A stretch of DNA of 64,000 nucleotides from Macrostomum lignano (lineage: Eukaryota). Of the stretch, positions 1 through 13,253 are shown piece by piece (the stretch's first letter is position 1; every line of letters begins with the position of its first letter). The stretch is taken from positions 124,001 through 188,000 of the forward strand of contig NIVC01000163.1 of the NCBI GenBank assembly GCA_002269645.1, given 5' to 3'. The position numbers were made by a program, and so were the translations under genes. The notes beneath the pieces were generated by a model, which was given only the letters and a program-made list of their open reading frames with translations, had not been told where the DNA came from and searched no databases.

Positions 1-383
1 GGCCTCGTGAAGATAATTAACTGCCCAAGGATAACCAACGTCTATGGCAAAAAGTCTATGCGTACAGAAGTTTTTTTAAATCCTGGATTGGCACTTCATT
101 TCACTTCGGTCAATTCGCCATAAAAAGAACGCTCTATTCGAATTTTGGCGGTCTTGCAAGAAGTTTGTATCTATGGTCAGGGAAAGGCAAGTGACAATAA
201 CAATTGTTATAGCATAGAACTTGTGGGTCAGAAAGTGGCAGCTTTAGGCGGTGGTGTGTATTGCGTCATTTAGAGATATGAGAAAAGTTGATCACTGCAT
301 GGGTTCGAGGTAGAAACTTTAACATGTTGCCGAGTGTACATGTGGCATGTAACCTGATAAATGTGGCTGAATGTGCATGTAAT

Positions 384-650
384 GGTTGTAGCCTAGTGGC
401 TAGAGCGTCAGACTCATGTCATGACTGAAAGGTCGGGGGTTCGTGTCCTTGAGCAAGACACTTAACTCTGGATTGCTTCAGTTCACCCAGCTGTAAAATG
501 GGTGCCAGCATTAGCATTAGTCGATCCGCCAGTCCTTGGACTGAACAGCCGAACGCAGCCTTCAGATGCGCTGCGCAATAGCTGCGGCTGAGCTGTCGGT
601 TGCACATCTGCCCATTTGGGCGGGTGTATTACTATTATTATTATTATACT
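384..650 (+). mobile_element. tRNA-derived SINE with CORE/MIR-like central domain
   Basis: A-box TAGCCTAGTGG, partial B-box GGTTCG, then GTGTCCTTGAGCAAGACACTTAAC...CTCAGTTCACCCAGCTGTAAAATGGG-like sequence resembling the MIR core, and an (ATT)n tail. Confidence 0.75.
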
Positions 651-1202
651 ATAAACTTGATAAAGGAAGGCAAATGGCTTAGAGACGTACGCGTCAGTTG
701 GGCGATTGTCAGTATCGCTGGCATCGGGTCGATGATTGAGAAGTTCCTGGCGCTGCTGGTGGAAATCTTCCTCGGTGTCCGGACTTTCAGTGGTCGCAGA
801 TGCCATACGCAGTGCCAGAGTTGCATAAAACTCTATCGATTGCGCTCTAGCTATAAGTCGAGTCAGGACGTCCCGTTCAATAATTAGGAGGGTTGGGGCA
901 AGTAAGCAGACGATTGATTGAGTTAGAGCTTCTAGTTGCCAGACTTGTCTATGGCCAGACTAGCAGCTCTCTCAATCGGCATCTCCATTAACTCTAATTT
1001 AATACTTGATAGGTCACCCACCTCAGCATGTCAAAGGCAGCAATCTATCAGGCAGGCTCTGTGTAGCGCTGTAATTGTGTTATAAATATAACTTCAATGC
1101 GGCATTTGCCAAGCGTGTGCGTGTATTGTAAAGTCGAATGCAAATATATAGTTAAGCTTTAAAAGCAGTAAGTTCAGCAATTAGAAAAGCGAAGAAAGAA
1201 CA

Positions 1203-1203
<1 letters not shown>

Positions 1204-1290
<87 letters not shown>
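1204..1290. repeat. (AG)n microsatellite
   Basis: Direct reading. Confidence 0.95.
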
Positions 1291-1292
<2 letters not shown>

Positions 1293-1830
1293 ACAGAGCT
1301 CCCTTATGTACACTGCAGCTTTCAAGACTCGCATATCTAATGCAGAGACCTTGAGAGGCAGAGCTGGTGTAACACCGCAACTGTATCAAGGCTTGTATAA
1401 ATGATTGTCAAAGGCGCACTTACACTTGGCTGTGTACGCAACAAGCTGGAAATGTATATACAAATATTCTACATGGTTTAGTGTTCTATTTGGGGAATGC
1501 TGAATGTTGGAGGGCATTTATGTTCAGCCGCGATCTTCACTTTCATTGCTGCTAACCATGCAGTGCTGCATGAAATAAAGTTCGTTCTATTTTAAATGCG
1601 GATTTATAAGCACACTTGTGTGGTCTTTGGATGTGTAGTTAAGGACTAAGTTTTCGTAACCTCGCATAAATAAAGCCATTTGAATTATACACTGCATCTG
1701 TCAAATAAAACAAGCGACAATTGATTGTTAAATATAAAATTTGTTTTTCACTATGGTTTCACATTCTATAATGGTCACATTCAGAAAGTTCATTCTGGCC
1801 TGATGCACTTTTAAACAAATTTATCTGCCT

Positions 1831-3375
1831 TTGCTTCACTGTGTGTCAGTGTGGAGCCATGCTTCACTGTGTCAGTGTGCAGCCATGCTTCACTGTGTGT
1901 CACTGTGTGTCAGTGTGGAGCCATGCTTCACTGTGTGTCACTGTGTGTCAGTGTGGAGCCATGCTTCACTGTGTGTCACTGTGTGTCAGTGTGGAGCCAT
2001 GCTTCACTGTGTGTCACTGTGTGTCAGTGTGGAGCCATGCTTCACTGTGTGTCACTGTGTGTCAGTGTGGAGCCATGCTTCACTGTGTGTCACTGTGTGT
2101 CAGTGTGGACCCATGCTTCACTGTGTGTCACTGTGTGTCAGTGTGGAGCCATGCTTCACTGTGTGTCACTGTGTGTCAGTGTGGAGCCATGCTTCACTGT
2201 GTGTCAGTGTGGAGCCATGCTTCACTGTGTGTCAGTGTGGAGCCATGCTTCACTGTGTGTCACTGTGTCAGTGTGGAGCCATGCTTCACTGTGTGTCACT
2301 GTGTGTCAGTGTGGAGCCATGCTTCACTGTGTGTCACTGTGGAGCCATGCTTCACTGTGTGTCACTGTGGAGCCATGCTTCACTGTGTGTCACTGTGTAG
2401 CCATGCTTCACTGTGTGTCACTGTGTGTCAGTGTGCAGCCATGCTTCACTGTGTCAGTGTGCAGCCATGCTTCACTGTGTGTCACTGTGCAGCCATGCTT
2501 CACTGTGTGTCAGTGTGCAGCCATGCTTCACTGTGTGTCAGTGTGCAGCCATGCTTCACTGTGTCAGTGTGCAGCCATGCTTCACTGTGTCACTGTGTGT
2601 CACTGTGCAGCCATGCTTCACTGTGTCACTGTGCAGCCATGCTTCACTGTGTGTCACTGTGTGTCAGTGTGGAGCCATTCTTCACTGTGTCAGTGTGGAG
2701 CCATTCACTGTGTGTCAGTGTGCAGCCATGCTTCACTGTGTGTCAGTGTGCAGCCATGCTTCACTGTGTCAGTGTGCAGCCATGCTTCACTGTGTCAGTG
2801 TGCAGCCATGCTTCACTGTGTCACTGTGTGTCACTGTGCAGCCATGCTTCACTGTGTGTCACTGTGCAGCCATGCTTCACTGTGTGTCACTGTGTGTCAG
2901 TGTGGAGCCATTCTTCACTGTGTCAGTGTGGAGCCATTCACTGTGTGTCACTGTGCATCCATGCTTCACTGTGTGTCACTGTGTGTCACTGTGCAGCCAT
3001 GCTTCACTGTGTGTCACTGTGCAGCCATGCTTCACTGTGTGTCACTGTGCAGCCATGCTTCACTGTGTGTCACTGTGCAGCCATGCTTCACTGTGTGTCA
3101 CTGTGCAGCCATGCTTCACTGTGTGTCACTGTGCAGCCATGCTTCACTGTGTGTCACTGTGCAGCCATGCTTCACTGTGTGTCACTGTGTGTCACTGTGC
3201 AGCCATGCTTCACTGTGTCGCCAGCCATGCTTCACTGTGTGTCACTGTGCAGCCATGCTTCACTGTGTCGCCAGCCATGCTTCACTGTGTGTCACTGTGC
3301 AGCCATGCTTCACTGTGTCGCCAGCCATGCTTCACTGTGTGTCACTGTGCAGCCATGCTTCACTGTGTCGCTAGC
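1831..3375 (+). repeat. Minisatellite, core G(C/G)AGCCATGCTTCACTGTGTGTCA(C/G)TGT (about 28 bp, variable)
   Basis: Direct reading; source of the Cys/His-rich spurious ORFs. Confidence 0.95.
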
Positions 3376-3764
3376 CATGCTGTCATCGATAGTTGATTCT
3401 CACTCGAGGACTCGAAATTGATTGTTGAATCAAGTCAATTGCAAAAGTAAACTTTATAAACAGTATTCATTTGATTGGCCCAATGAACTGATTAAAATAA
3501 GTGCAGTGCGGGAGGCCAGTCAATTTATTCAGGTGTGACAATCACTTTTTGGTGTGAGCACAAGCACAAAAACAGAATCAACACAGAACAGTAACAAAAA
3601 GATATCTGCGACAATTTTTTTTTAATTTGAAAACAAAGAGGCAATTAAATTATTCGACTAACGGTTGGTTTTCTAATACGAATAAGTTTGAAAAATTGAC
3701 AAGACATCACAATGGATTATACTCGTATGTATATTGCTCAATTAGGCCGAAGGTACTTTGAAGC

Positions 3765-3822
3765 AAAGACGGACAGACAGGCTGACAGACAGGCAGACAG
3801 ACAGCCTGACAGACAGGCAGGC

Positions 3823-3863
<41 letters not shown>

Positions 3864-3871
3864 GGCAGGCT

Positions 3872-3903
<32 letters not shown>
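3765..3903. repeat. (GACA)n microsatellite
   Basis: Direct reading. Confidence 0.9.
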
Positions 3904-3904
<1 letters not shown>

Positions 3905-4333
3905 CTCGAATAAAATCGAATAAAACAACCTCCAAAACAAATTAAACTAATGTTTGGAAGCATGTACCCGCGTCATATTACTTGTGACAGTAAAAATATA
4001 GCGAGTTACGAGTAGGTTAGAAGTAAATTCGAAATAAAACTATCGAGAGCAGAGGAGAATAAAACTCGAATAATCAATAGCATAATGGTAATAACAGTTA
4101 TGATTTGGGCACAGGGTTATTAAGCAAAATCGAAGCACTACATGTAGGGTACCAGTGAAAGAAGAGAAGTTCGCTGAAAATAAATATAATAAGATTTCTA
4201 TCTGGTAGTTGATTAAGCGTTGAATATTATTTTTACAAACAGATGACAGAAATACACAGATCAAGCGGTTGACAAGCGAAATTCGAGAAAAAATTTCCTG
4301 TGGCAGAATCAAATTTATACAGCAATAATTTTG

Positions 4334-4339
4334 TTTATT
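4334..4339 (-). promoter_or_regulatory. Candidate PKG polyadenylation signal (AATAAA)
   Basis: AATAAA on the minus strand about 275 nt after the stop codon; a second copy lies at 3524-3529. Confidence 0.3.
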
Positions 4340-4611
4340 TTCAGTACATCTATTTTTTCTACAAATTTGAATTTGCGCCAGAAAAAAGCAATAATTTCTC
4401 GATTTTAAACAAACAGTCAGATTTCTAGGAAAGCAGTAACTCGGAAAATTTCATATTTCAAACATTGCTAGCCTATGTGAACAGGGCGGCAATTCAAGTG
4501 CGCAAATAATTTTTTATCATGTACGAGCGTAAGTCCTTGTGTCAGACAATAAATAAAAACTCGTAAGTCTTTGTTGGCACCTGCAGCAACAGTGAAAGCC
4601 GAATAGGCCAG

Positions 4612-4707
4612 TTAGAAGTCTTTGTCCCAACCGGACACATCGTCCGGCGGGTGCTCGTTGTCGGCCGGGTACTCGTCGAAATTGCTGGCGTCCACAGCAC
4701 TGGACAC
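4612..4707 (-). CDS. PRKG1: PKG exon 13 (last coding exon)
   Basis: VSSAVDASNFDEYPADNEHPPDDVSGWDKDF-stop, the canonical PKG tail. Confidence 0.96.
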   Translation of the reverse strand: MSSAVDASNFDEYPADNEHPPDDVSGWDKDF

Positions 4708-4734
4708 CTGCGGGACAGTGAGAGACGGGGAAAT

Positions 4735-5262
4735 GTGTCTGGTGTTGTGTCTGGTCATGTGTCTGGTATTGTGTCTGGTGTTGTGTCTGGTGTTGTGTCT
4801 GGTGTTGTGTCTGGTGTTGTGTCCAGAGTGTTGTGTCTGGTATTGTGTCTGGTGTTGTGTCTGGTCATGTGTCTGGTATTGTGTCTGGTGTTGTGTCTGG
4901 TGTTGTGTCTAGGGTGTTGTGTCTGGTGTTGTGTCTAGGGTGTTGTGTCTGGTGTTGTGTCTGGTCATGTGTCTGGTATTGTGTCTGGTGTTGTGTCTGG
5001 TATTGTGTCTGGTGTTGTGTCTGGTATTGTGTCTAGGGTGTTGTGTCTGGTGTTGTGTCTAGGGTGTTGTGTCTGGTGTTGTGTCTGGTCATGTGTCTGG
5101 TATTGTGTCTGGTGTTGTGTCTGGTGTTGTGCCTAGGGTGTTGTGTCTGGTGTTGTGTCTGGTCATGTGTCTGGTATTGTGTCTGGTGTTGTGTCTAGGG
5201 TGTTGTGTCTGGTGTTGTGTCCAGAGTGTTGTGTCTGGTGTTGTGTCTGGTCATGTGTCTGG
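4735..5262. repeat. 12-bp minisatellite GTGTCTGGTGTT (PKG intron 12)
   Basis: Direct reading. Confidence 0.95.
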
Positions 5263-5289
5263 AGTTTTGTGCCTGGCATCACCGCTCAC

Positions 5290-5419
5290 CTTAGGCAGGA
5301 TTGGCGGCGTCAAAGTCTTGCTATTCATGCCAGCCCAATTGAAGCCCTCGAACCAGATGTGCTTGGACACCTCCATGACTCCGCCGCGGCCCACGCCGAG
5401 TCGCTCGGTCGGGTTGTCG
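5290..5419 (-). CDS. PRKG1: PKG exon 12 (AGC C-terminal region)
   Basis: DNPTERLG...[25 protein letters not shown]; cgcag acceptor, AAG|GTGAG donor. Confidence 0.96.
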
Positions 5420-5559
5420 CTGCGGGAAAGAGAAAAAAGAACCGATACTACTGTAAGCAGTAGTAAACTAGTGTTGCTACCTTTTAGTAAGTGCACAAGG
5501 AAGTATTAGTCAAAGACTATCATTTTTATGGCTTGGAAAACAGCGAGTCATGGCTGTTG

Positions 5560-7530
5560 ACAGAGTGAAGCATGGCTGCACAGTGACACACAGTGACACA
5601 CAGTGAAGCATGGCTGCACAGTGACACACAGTGACACACAGTGAAGCATGGCTCCACACTGACACACAGTGACACACAGTGAAGCATGGCTGCACAGTGA
5701 CACACAGTGACACACAGTGAAGCATGGCTGCACAGTGACACACAGTGAAGCATGGCTGCACAGTGACACACAGTGACACACAGTGAAGCATGGCTGCACA
5801 GTGACACACAGTGACACACAGTGAAGCATGGCTGCACAGTGACACACAGTGACACACAGTGAAGCATGGCTGCACAGTGACACACAGTGACACACAGTGA
5901 AGCATGGCTGCACAGTGACACACAGTGACACACAGTGAAGCATGGCTGCACAGTGACACACAGTGACACACAGTGAAGCATGGCTGCACAGTGACACACA
6001 GTGAAGCATGGCTGCACAGTGACACACAGTGACACACAGTGAAGCATGGCTGCACAGTGACACACAGTGACACACAGTGAAGCATGGCTGCACAGTGACA
6101 CACAGTGACACACAGTGAAGCATGGCTGCACAGTGACACACAGTGAAGCATGGCTGCACAGTGACACACAGTGACACACAGTGAAGCATGGCTGCACAGT
6201 GACACACAGTGACACACAGTGAAGCATGGCTGCACAGTGACACACAGTGACACACAGTGAAGCATGGCTGCACAGTGACACACAGTGACACACAGTGAAG
6301 CATGGCTGCACAGTGACACACAGTGACACACAGTGAAGCATGGCTGCACAGTGACACACAGTGAAGCATGGCTGCACAGTGACACACAGTGAAGCATGGC
6401 TGCACAGTGACACACAGTGAAGCATGGCTGCACAGTGACACACAGTGAAGCATGGCTGCACAGTGACACACAGTGAAGCATGGCTGCACAGTGACACACA
6501 GTGAAGCATGGCTGCACAGTGACACACAGTGAAGCATGGCTGCACAGTGACACACAGTGAAGCATGGCTGCACAGTGACACACAGTGAAGCATGGCTGCA
6601 CAGTGACACACAGTGAAGCATGGCTGCACAGTGACACACAGTGAAGCATGGCTGCACAGTGACACACAGTGAAGCATGGCTCCACACTGACACAGTGAAG
6701 AATGGCTCCACACTGACACAGTGAAGAATGGCTCCACACTGACACAGTGAAGAATGGCTCCACACTGACACAGTGAAGCATGGCTCCACACTGACACAGT
6801 GAAGAATGGCTCCACACTGACACAGTGAAGAATGGCTCCACACTGACACAGTGAAGCATGGCTCCACACTGACACAGTGAAGCATGGCTCCACACTGACA
6901 CAGTGAAGCATGGCTCCACACTGACACAGTGAAGCATGGCTCCACACTGACACAGTGAAGCATGGCTCCACACTGACACAGTGAAGCATGGCTCCACACT
7001 GACACAGTGAAGCATGGCTCCACACTGACACAGTGAAGCATGGCTCCACACTGACACAGTGAAGCATGGCTCCACACTGACACAGTGAAGCATGGCTGCA
7101 CAGTGACACACAGTGAAGCATGGCTCCACACTGACACAGTGAAGCATGGCTCCACACTGACACAGTGAAGCATGGCTCCACACTGACACAGTGAAGCATG
7201 GCTCCACACTGACACAGTGAAGCATGGCTCCACACTGACACAGTGAAGCATGGCTCCACACTGACACAGTGAAGCATGGCTCCACACTGACACAGTGAAG
7301 CATGGCTCCACACTGACACAGTGAAGCATGGCTCCACACTGACACAGTGAAGCATGGCTCCACACTGACACAGTGAAGCATGGCTCCACACTGACACAGT
7401 GAAGCATGGCTCCACACTGACACAGTGAAGAATGGCTCCACACTGACACAGTGAAGCATGGCTCCACACTGACACAGTGAAGAATGGCTCCACACTGACA
7501 CAGTGAAGCATGGCTCCACACTGACACACA
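5560..7530 (-). repeat. Same minisatellite in inverted orientation (PKG intron 11)
   Basis: ACAGTGACACACAGTGAAGCATGGCTGC is the reverse complement of the 1831-3375 unit. Confidence 0.95.
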
Positions 7531-7546
7531 GTTTGGTGCCACTTAC

Positions 7547-7975
7547 CGGCAGAGTTTCTTGACGAGGTTCTGCGCATTTCGCGATATCCTCCGAGGAAAG
7601 TCCACAGCGTCGATGCCCTTCAGGATGATATTGTAGGTCTTCATAGGGTCCGAGGCGGTGAACGGCGGAGTGCCAGTGAGCAGCTCGAACATGAGCACGC
7701 CCAGAGACCAGAAATCGGCGGTGAGGTCGTGGCCTTTGTTGAGAATGACCTCGGGCGGCACGTACTCCGGTGTGCCGCAGAAGGTCCAAGTCTTCTTGCC
7801 AAAGCCGATTCGCTTGGCGAAGCCGAAGTCAGTGATCTTGCAGTAGCCCGTGGTGTCCAGCAGCAAGTTCTCGGGCTTCAGGTCCCGGTAGACAATGCCT
7901 TTGCGGTGCAGGTACTGCAGAGCTTCCACTACGCAGCCGATGTAAAATCGGGTGGTGGAATCGTCGAAGTTGCCT
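7547..7975 (-). CDS. PRKG1: PKG exon 11 (catalytic loop, DFG, activation loop)
   Basis: [38 protein letters not shown]; ccag acceptor, CG|GTAAGT donor. Confidence 0.98.
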
Positions 7976-8154
7976 CTGGAGTTTTTAATGCAAAAACCAT
8001 GTCTTTAAGAGGTCTGGAATGCATGCTCGAGAGCTTGAAAATGTATTAAATCTTGATTCTTCTTGGCCTCATTTACGGCATTGAAGTTCGGGTTTATTTT
8101 AAGTCAGCGATTTTTTTAGTCTCAAGTAGAATTAAATATCATTGAACAGCCTCA

Positions 8155-8581
<427 letters not shown>

Positions 8582-8594
8582 TATAGACACTCAC

Positions 8595-8734
8595 TTGACA
8601 ATGAAATCGCAGTTGGCCTCGGCCAGAATGCTTCGCTCATTCATGATGTGCTCCTGCTGTCGGGTCTCAACAATGTGATGCTTCTTGAGCTGCTTCAGAG
8701 CGAAACTGCGGCTGTTGTCGTTGCGGATTCGAAC
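8595..8734 (-). CDS. PRKG1: PKG exon 9 (catalytic Lys, alpha-C helix)
   Basis: VRIRNDNSRSFALKQLKKHHIVETRQQEHIMNERSILAEANCDFIV; ccaag acceptor, AA|GTGAG donor; 140 nt. Confidence 0.95.
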
Positions 8735-8869
8735 CTTGGAGCGGCGATTGAGTCGGTGATTGCCAGCCAAATAAAGGACGCTACTTCAGAAACTTCAGGT
8801 GGTGCGGTTCGCACAAAAACTAGCACAAAAAAGACGCGATTCAGATACACTAAATCGCATAGTTCAGAG

Positions 8870-11455
8870 AATTCAGTCACACACCTGAATCTGTATTCAG
8901 TCACACACCTGAATCTGTATTCAGTCACACACCTGAATCTGTATTCAGTCACACACCTGAATCTGTATTCAGTCACGCACCTGAATCTGTATTCAGTCAC
9001 ACACCTGAATCTGTATTCAGTCACACACCTGAATCTGTATTCAGTCACACACCTGAATCTGTATTCAGTCACGCACCTGAATCTGTATTCAGTCACACAC
9101 CTGAATCTGTATTCAGTCACGCACCTGAATCTGTATTCAGTCACACACCTGAATCTGTATTCAGTCACACACCTGAATCTGTATTCAGACACACACCTGA
9201 ATCTGTATTCAGTCACACACCTGAATCTGTATTCAGACACACACCTGAATCTGTATTCAGTCACACACCTGAATCTGTATTCAGACACACACCTGAATCT
9301 GTATTCAGTCACACACCTGAATCTGTATTCAGTCACACACCTGAATCTGTATTCAGTCACACACCTGAATCTGTATTCAGTCACACACCTGAATCTGTAT
9401 TTAGTCCCACACCTTAATCTGTATTCAGTCACACACCTGAATCTGTATTCAGTCACACACCTGAATCTGTATTCAGTCACACACCTGAATCTGTATTTAG
9501 TCACGCACACACCTGAATCTGTATTCAGACACACACCTGAATCTGTATTCAGTCACACACCTGAATCTGTATTCAGACACACACCTGAATCTGTATTCAG
9601 TCACACACCTGAATCTGTATTCAGTCACACACCTGAATCTGTATTCAGTCACACACCTGAATCTGTATTTAGTCCCACACCTGAATCTGTATTCAGTCAC
9701 ACACCTGAATCTGTATTCAGTCACACACCTGAATCTGTATTCAGTCACACACCTGAATCTGTATTTAGTCACGCACACACCTGAATCTGTATTCAGACAC
9801 ACACCTGAATCTGTATTCAGTCACACACCTGAATCTGTATTCAGACACACACCTGAATCTGTATTCAGTCACACACCTGAATCTGTATTTAGTCCCACAC
9901 CTGAATCTGTATTCAGTCACACACCTGAATCTGTATTCAGTCACACACCTGAATCTGTATTTAGTCCCACACCTTAATCTGTATTCAGTCACACACCTAA
10001 ATCTGTATTCAGTCACACACCTGAATCTGTATTTAGTCCCACACCTTAATCTGTATTCAGTCACACACCTGAATCTGTATTCAGTCACACACCTGAATCT
10101 GTATTCAGTCACACACCTGAATCTGTATTCAGTCACACACCTGAATCTGTATTCAGTCACACACCTGAATCTGTATTCAGTCACACACCTGAATCTGTAT
10201 TCAGACACACACCTGAATCTGTATTCAGTCACACACCTGAATCTGTATTCAGTCACACACCTGAATCTGTATTCAGTCACACACCTGAATCTGTATTCAG
10301 TCACACACCTGAATCTGTATTTAGTCCCACACCTTAATCTGTATTCAGTCACACACCTGAATCTGTATTCAGTCACACACCTGAATCTGTATTCAGTCAC
10401 ACACCTGAATCTGTATTTAGTCACGCACACACCTGAATCTGTATTCAGACACACACCTGAATCTGTATTCAGACACACACCTGAATCTGTATTCAGTCAC
10501 ACACCTGAATCTGTATTCAGTCACACACCTGAATCTGTATTTAGTCCCACACCTGAATCTGTATTCAGTCACACACCTGAATCTGTATTCAGTCACACAC
10601 CTGAATCTGTATTCAGTCATACACCTGAATCTGTATTTAGTCACGCACACACCTGAATCTGTATTCAGACACACACCTGAATCTGTATTCAGTCACACAC
10701 CTGAATCTGTATTCAGTCACACACCTGAATCTGTATTCAGACACACACCTGAATCTGTATTCAGTCACACACCTGAATCTGTATTTAGTCCCACACCTTA
10801 ATCTGTATTCAGTCACACACCTGAATCTGTATTCAGTCACACACCTGAATCTGTATTTAGTCACGCACACACCTGAATCTGTATTCAGACACACACCTGA
10901 ATCTGTATTCAGACACACACCTGAATCTGTATTCAGTCACACACCTGAATCTGTATTCAGTCACACACCTGAATCTGTATTTAGTCCCACACCTGAATCT
11001 GTATTCAGTCACACACCTGAATCTGTATTCAGTCACACACCTGAATCTGTATTCAGTCATACACCTGAATCTGTATTTAGTCACGCACACACCTGAATCT
11101 GTATTCAGTCACACACCTGAATCTGTATTCAGTCACACACCTGAATCTGTATTCAGTCACACACCTGAATCTGTATTCAGTCACACACCTGAATCTGTAT
11201 TCAGACACACACCTGAATCTGTATTCAGTCACACACCTGAATCTGTATTCAGACACACACCTGAATCTGTATTCAGTCACACACCTGAATCTGTATTCAG
11301 TCACACACCTGAATCTGTATTCAGACACACACCTGAATCTGTATTCAGACACACACCTGAATCTGTATTCAGTCACACACCTGAATCTGTATTCAGTCAC
11401 ACACCTGAATCTGTATTCAGTCACACACCTGAATCTGTATTCAGACACACACCTG
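8870..11455. repeat. 24-bp satellite ACACCTGAATCTGTATTCAGTCAC (PKG intron 8)
   Basis: Direct reading; about 2.6 kb with recurring variant blocks. Confidence 0.96.
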
Positions 11456-11485
11456 AAGCTCACAGGTAATAACAAAGCGACTCAC

Positions 11486-11573
11486 AAGCTCGACGCGACC
11501 GAAGCCGCCAACTCCAAGAGTGGCAATGATGAACAGGTCCTTCAGCGTTAAACCCTTGAATTCTTCAGATCGA
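11486..11573 (-). CDS. PRKG1: PKG exon 8 (kinase Gly-rich loop)
   Basis: RSEEFKGLTLKDLFIIATLGVGGFGRVEL; gacag acceptor, GTGAGT donor; 88 nt. Confidence 0.96.
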
Positions 11574-11676
11574 CTGTCATTGAATATGCATTTTCAAAAA
11601 AAAATCTGTTATTCCATTTCTGAAAAAATAACCTTCGATTTAAAAAAAAGGCCACGAAAATCTCAGAAAAACTCAC

Positions 11677-11751
11677 GTAGGCTGTGCAGTGCTCTCGTCT
11701 GAGTACTTCCTGCCCAGAATGGCCAGATCCCCTATGAGCTGCTTGTAAGAC
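11677..11751 (-). CDS. PRKG1: PKG exon 7
   Basis: SYKQLIGDLAILGRKYSDESTAQP; taccag acceptor, AC|GTGAG donor; 75 nt. Confidence 0.93.
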
Positions 11752-12185
11752 CTGGTAGGGTGAATGCGGATTTTATTGAGGGTATATGAGCACACACAAG
11801 CGCCAAATGAATGTGAGGCCGCGTACGCCCTTCTTAATTGAGAGGTTATCGCAAACAGTATAGATTACGAAAAGACACAAAACAAATTATAAATAAGTTA
11901 TTTTCACACTATAAGTATTAGCAGATATAAGCCCCGATAAAAGCAACTCATTTTTAGAGCGCAAATCCCAATGCTGTGAGAATGGTTTGTTATTTTTAAA
12001 AATAAAACCCACTCTAAAATTACCGAAGCAACATATCTGCTTACTCGTGCTGGGTAAGATTGCTGAAATAATGATTACTTTGCAAGTTAATAAACATAAG
12101 CTTAGAATAGGCTCCAATAAGATGATTGATTTAAACAATTAGTCAGACAGATAGCAGGGCAGAAGAGTTGACGCTCAGAACTTAC

Positions 12186-12257
12186 TCTCTATTGAGAACG
12201 AGGCAGTCCACTCCGTTAGGGTCTTCAACAATGATGTTGGCTGTGCGCACGTCCTCT
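12186..12257 (-). CDS. PRKG1: PKG exon 6 (end of CNB-B cassette)
   Basis: EDVRTANIIVEDPNGVDCLVLNR; ttcag acceptor, GA|GTAAG donor; 72 nt. Confidence 0.95.
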
Positions 12258-12284
12258 CTGAAGTGCGGGTGTACAATTTAGTCT

Positions 12285-12637
12285 TTGGGTCGGCAAACTC
12301 CGGCCCGCGAAGCCCTCGGGTCCTTTGAAACTTCCCAATAGCAATCCGGCCCGCTCAAGGCTTGTCTCTTCTCAGCTTTTTTCTCTCGTCTCCTCTCTTC
12401 TCTCCTCTCTTCTCTGCTCTCTTTTACTCTCTCTTCTCTCTTCTCTCCTCTCCTTTCCTCTCTCATCTCCTCCCTTCCCTCCTCTCATCTTCTCTCTCGT
12501 CTCCTCTCTTCTCTTCTCTCTTCTCTCCTCTCCTTTCCTCTCTCTTCTCCTTTCCTCTCTCTCCTCTCCTCTCCTCCATTCTCCTCTGCTCTCCTTTCCT
12601 CTCTCTCTCCTCTCCTTTCTCCCTCCTTTCCTCTCCC

Positions 12638-12708
<71 letters not shown>

Positions 12709-12745
12709 TCTCTCTCTCTCGCTCTCTCTCTCCCTCTCTCTCTCC

Positions 12746-12824
<79 letters not shown>

Positions 12825-12850
12825 CCTCTCCTTTCTTCTTTTCCCCTACT
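12285..12850 (-). repeat. Dispersed repeat copy B plus CT-rich tract
   Basis: GGGTCGGCAAACTCCGGCCCGCG resembles hAT-Charlie/MER58-type ends. 12302-12377 is the reverse complement of copy A and is followed by (CT)n. Confidence 0.85.
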
Positions 12851-13253
12851 TTTCTGTTATTTTTATTTGTCAGTTTCTCACCTTAATAATTATATCAGGA
12901 ATTATATAATTATATTCATTATATTCATTAAATGAATTATATTCATTTTGCCCTGACGAAGAATTTCGTATTTGAAATATCGGCAACTAACACTTCCTAG
13001 CTTTTTTGTCTTGTTGCTTTGCTGTGTCAGCGCCTTCGGGATTGGAGGCTCTCTCTCTCTCTCTCTACCTCTCTCTTCTTCTCCACTCATTTCTCCTCTC
13101 CTCTCCCTTCATCAATTTTATCCCCCTCCTGTCTTCTCCTTTATTCCCTCACCTTATCTGCTTTCTCCTTTCTCTTTACTGATCCCTGATTTAGCCGCAC
13201 AGGAGCGAGCAAGCATAGCTAAAAACAGACCGTAAAACACTGAGAGCACTCAC

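Noticed and set aside
650-890. GC-rich, coding-looking stretch next to the SINE
   Set aside because: No recognisable motif in any frame and no convincing splice-site pair; left unassigned.
1831-7789. 300-760-aa Cys/His-rich ORFs on both strands
   Set aside because: Stop-free translations of a satellite, open in all three frames, and lying in a PKG intron or downstream of the gene.
8648-11475. ORFs repeating VTHLNLYS or YRFRCVTE
   Set aside because: Translations of the 24-bp intronic satellite.
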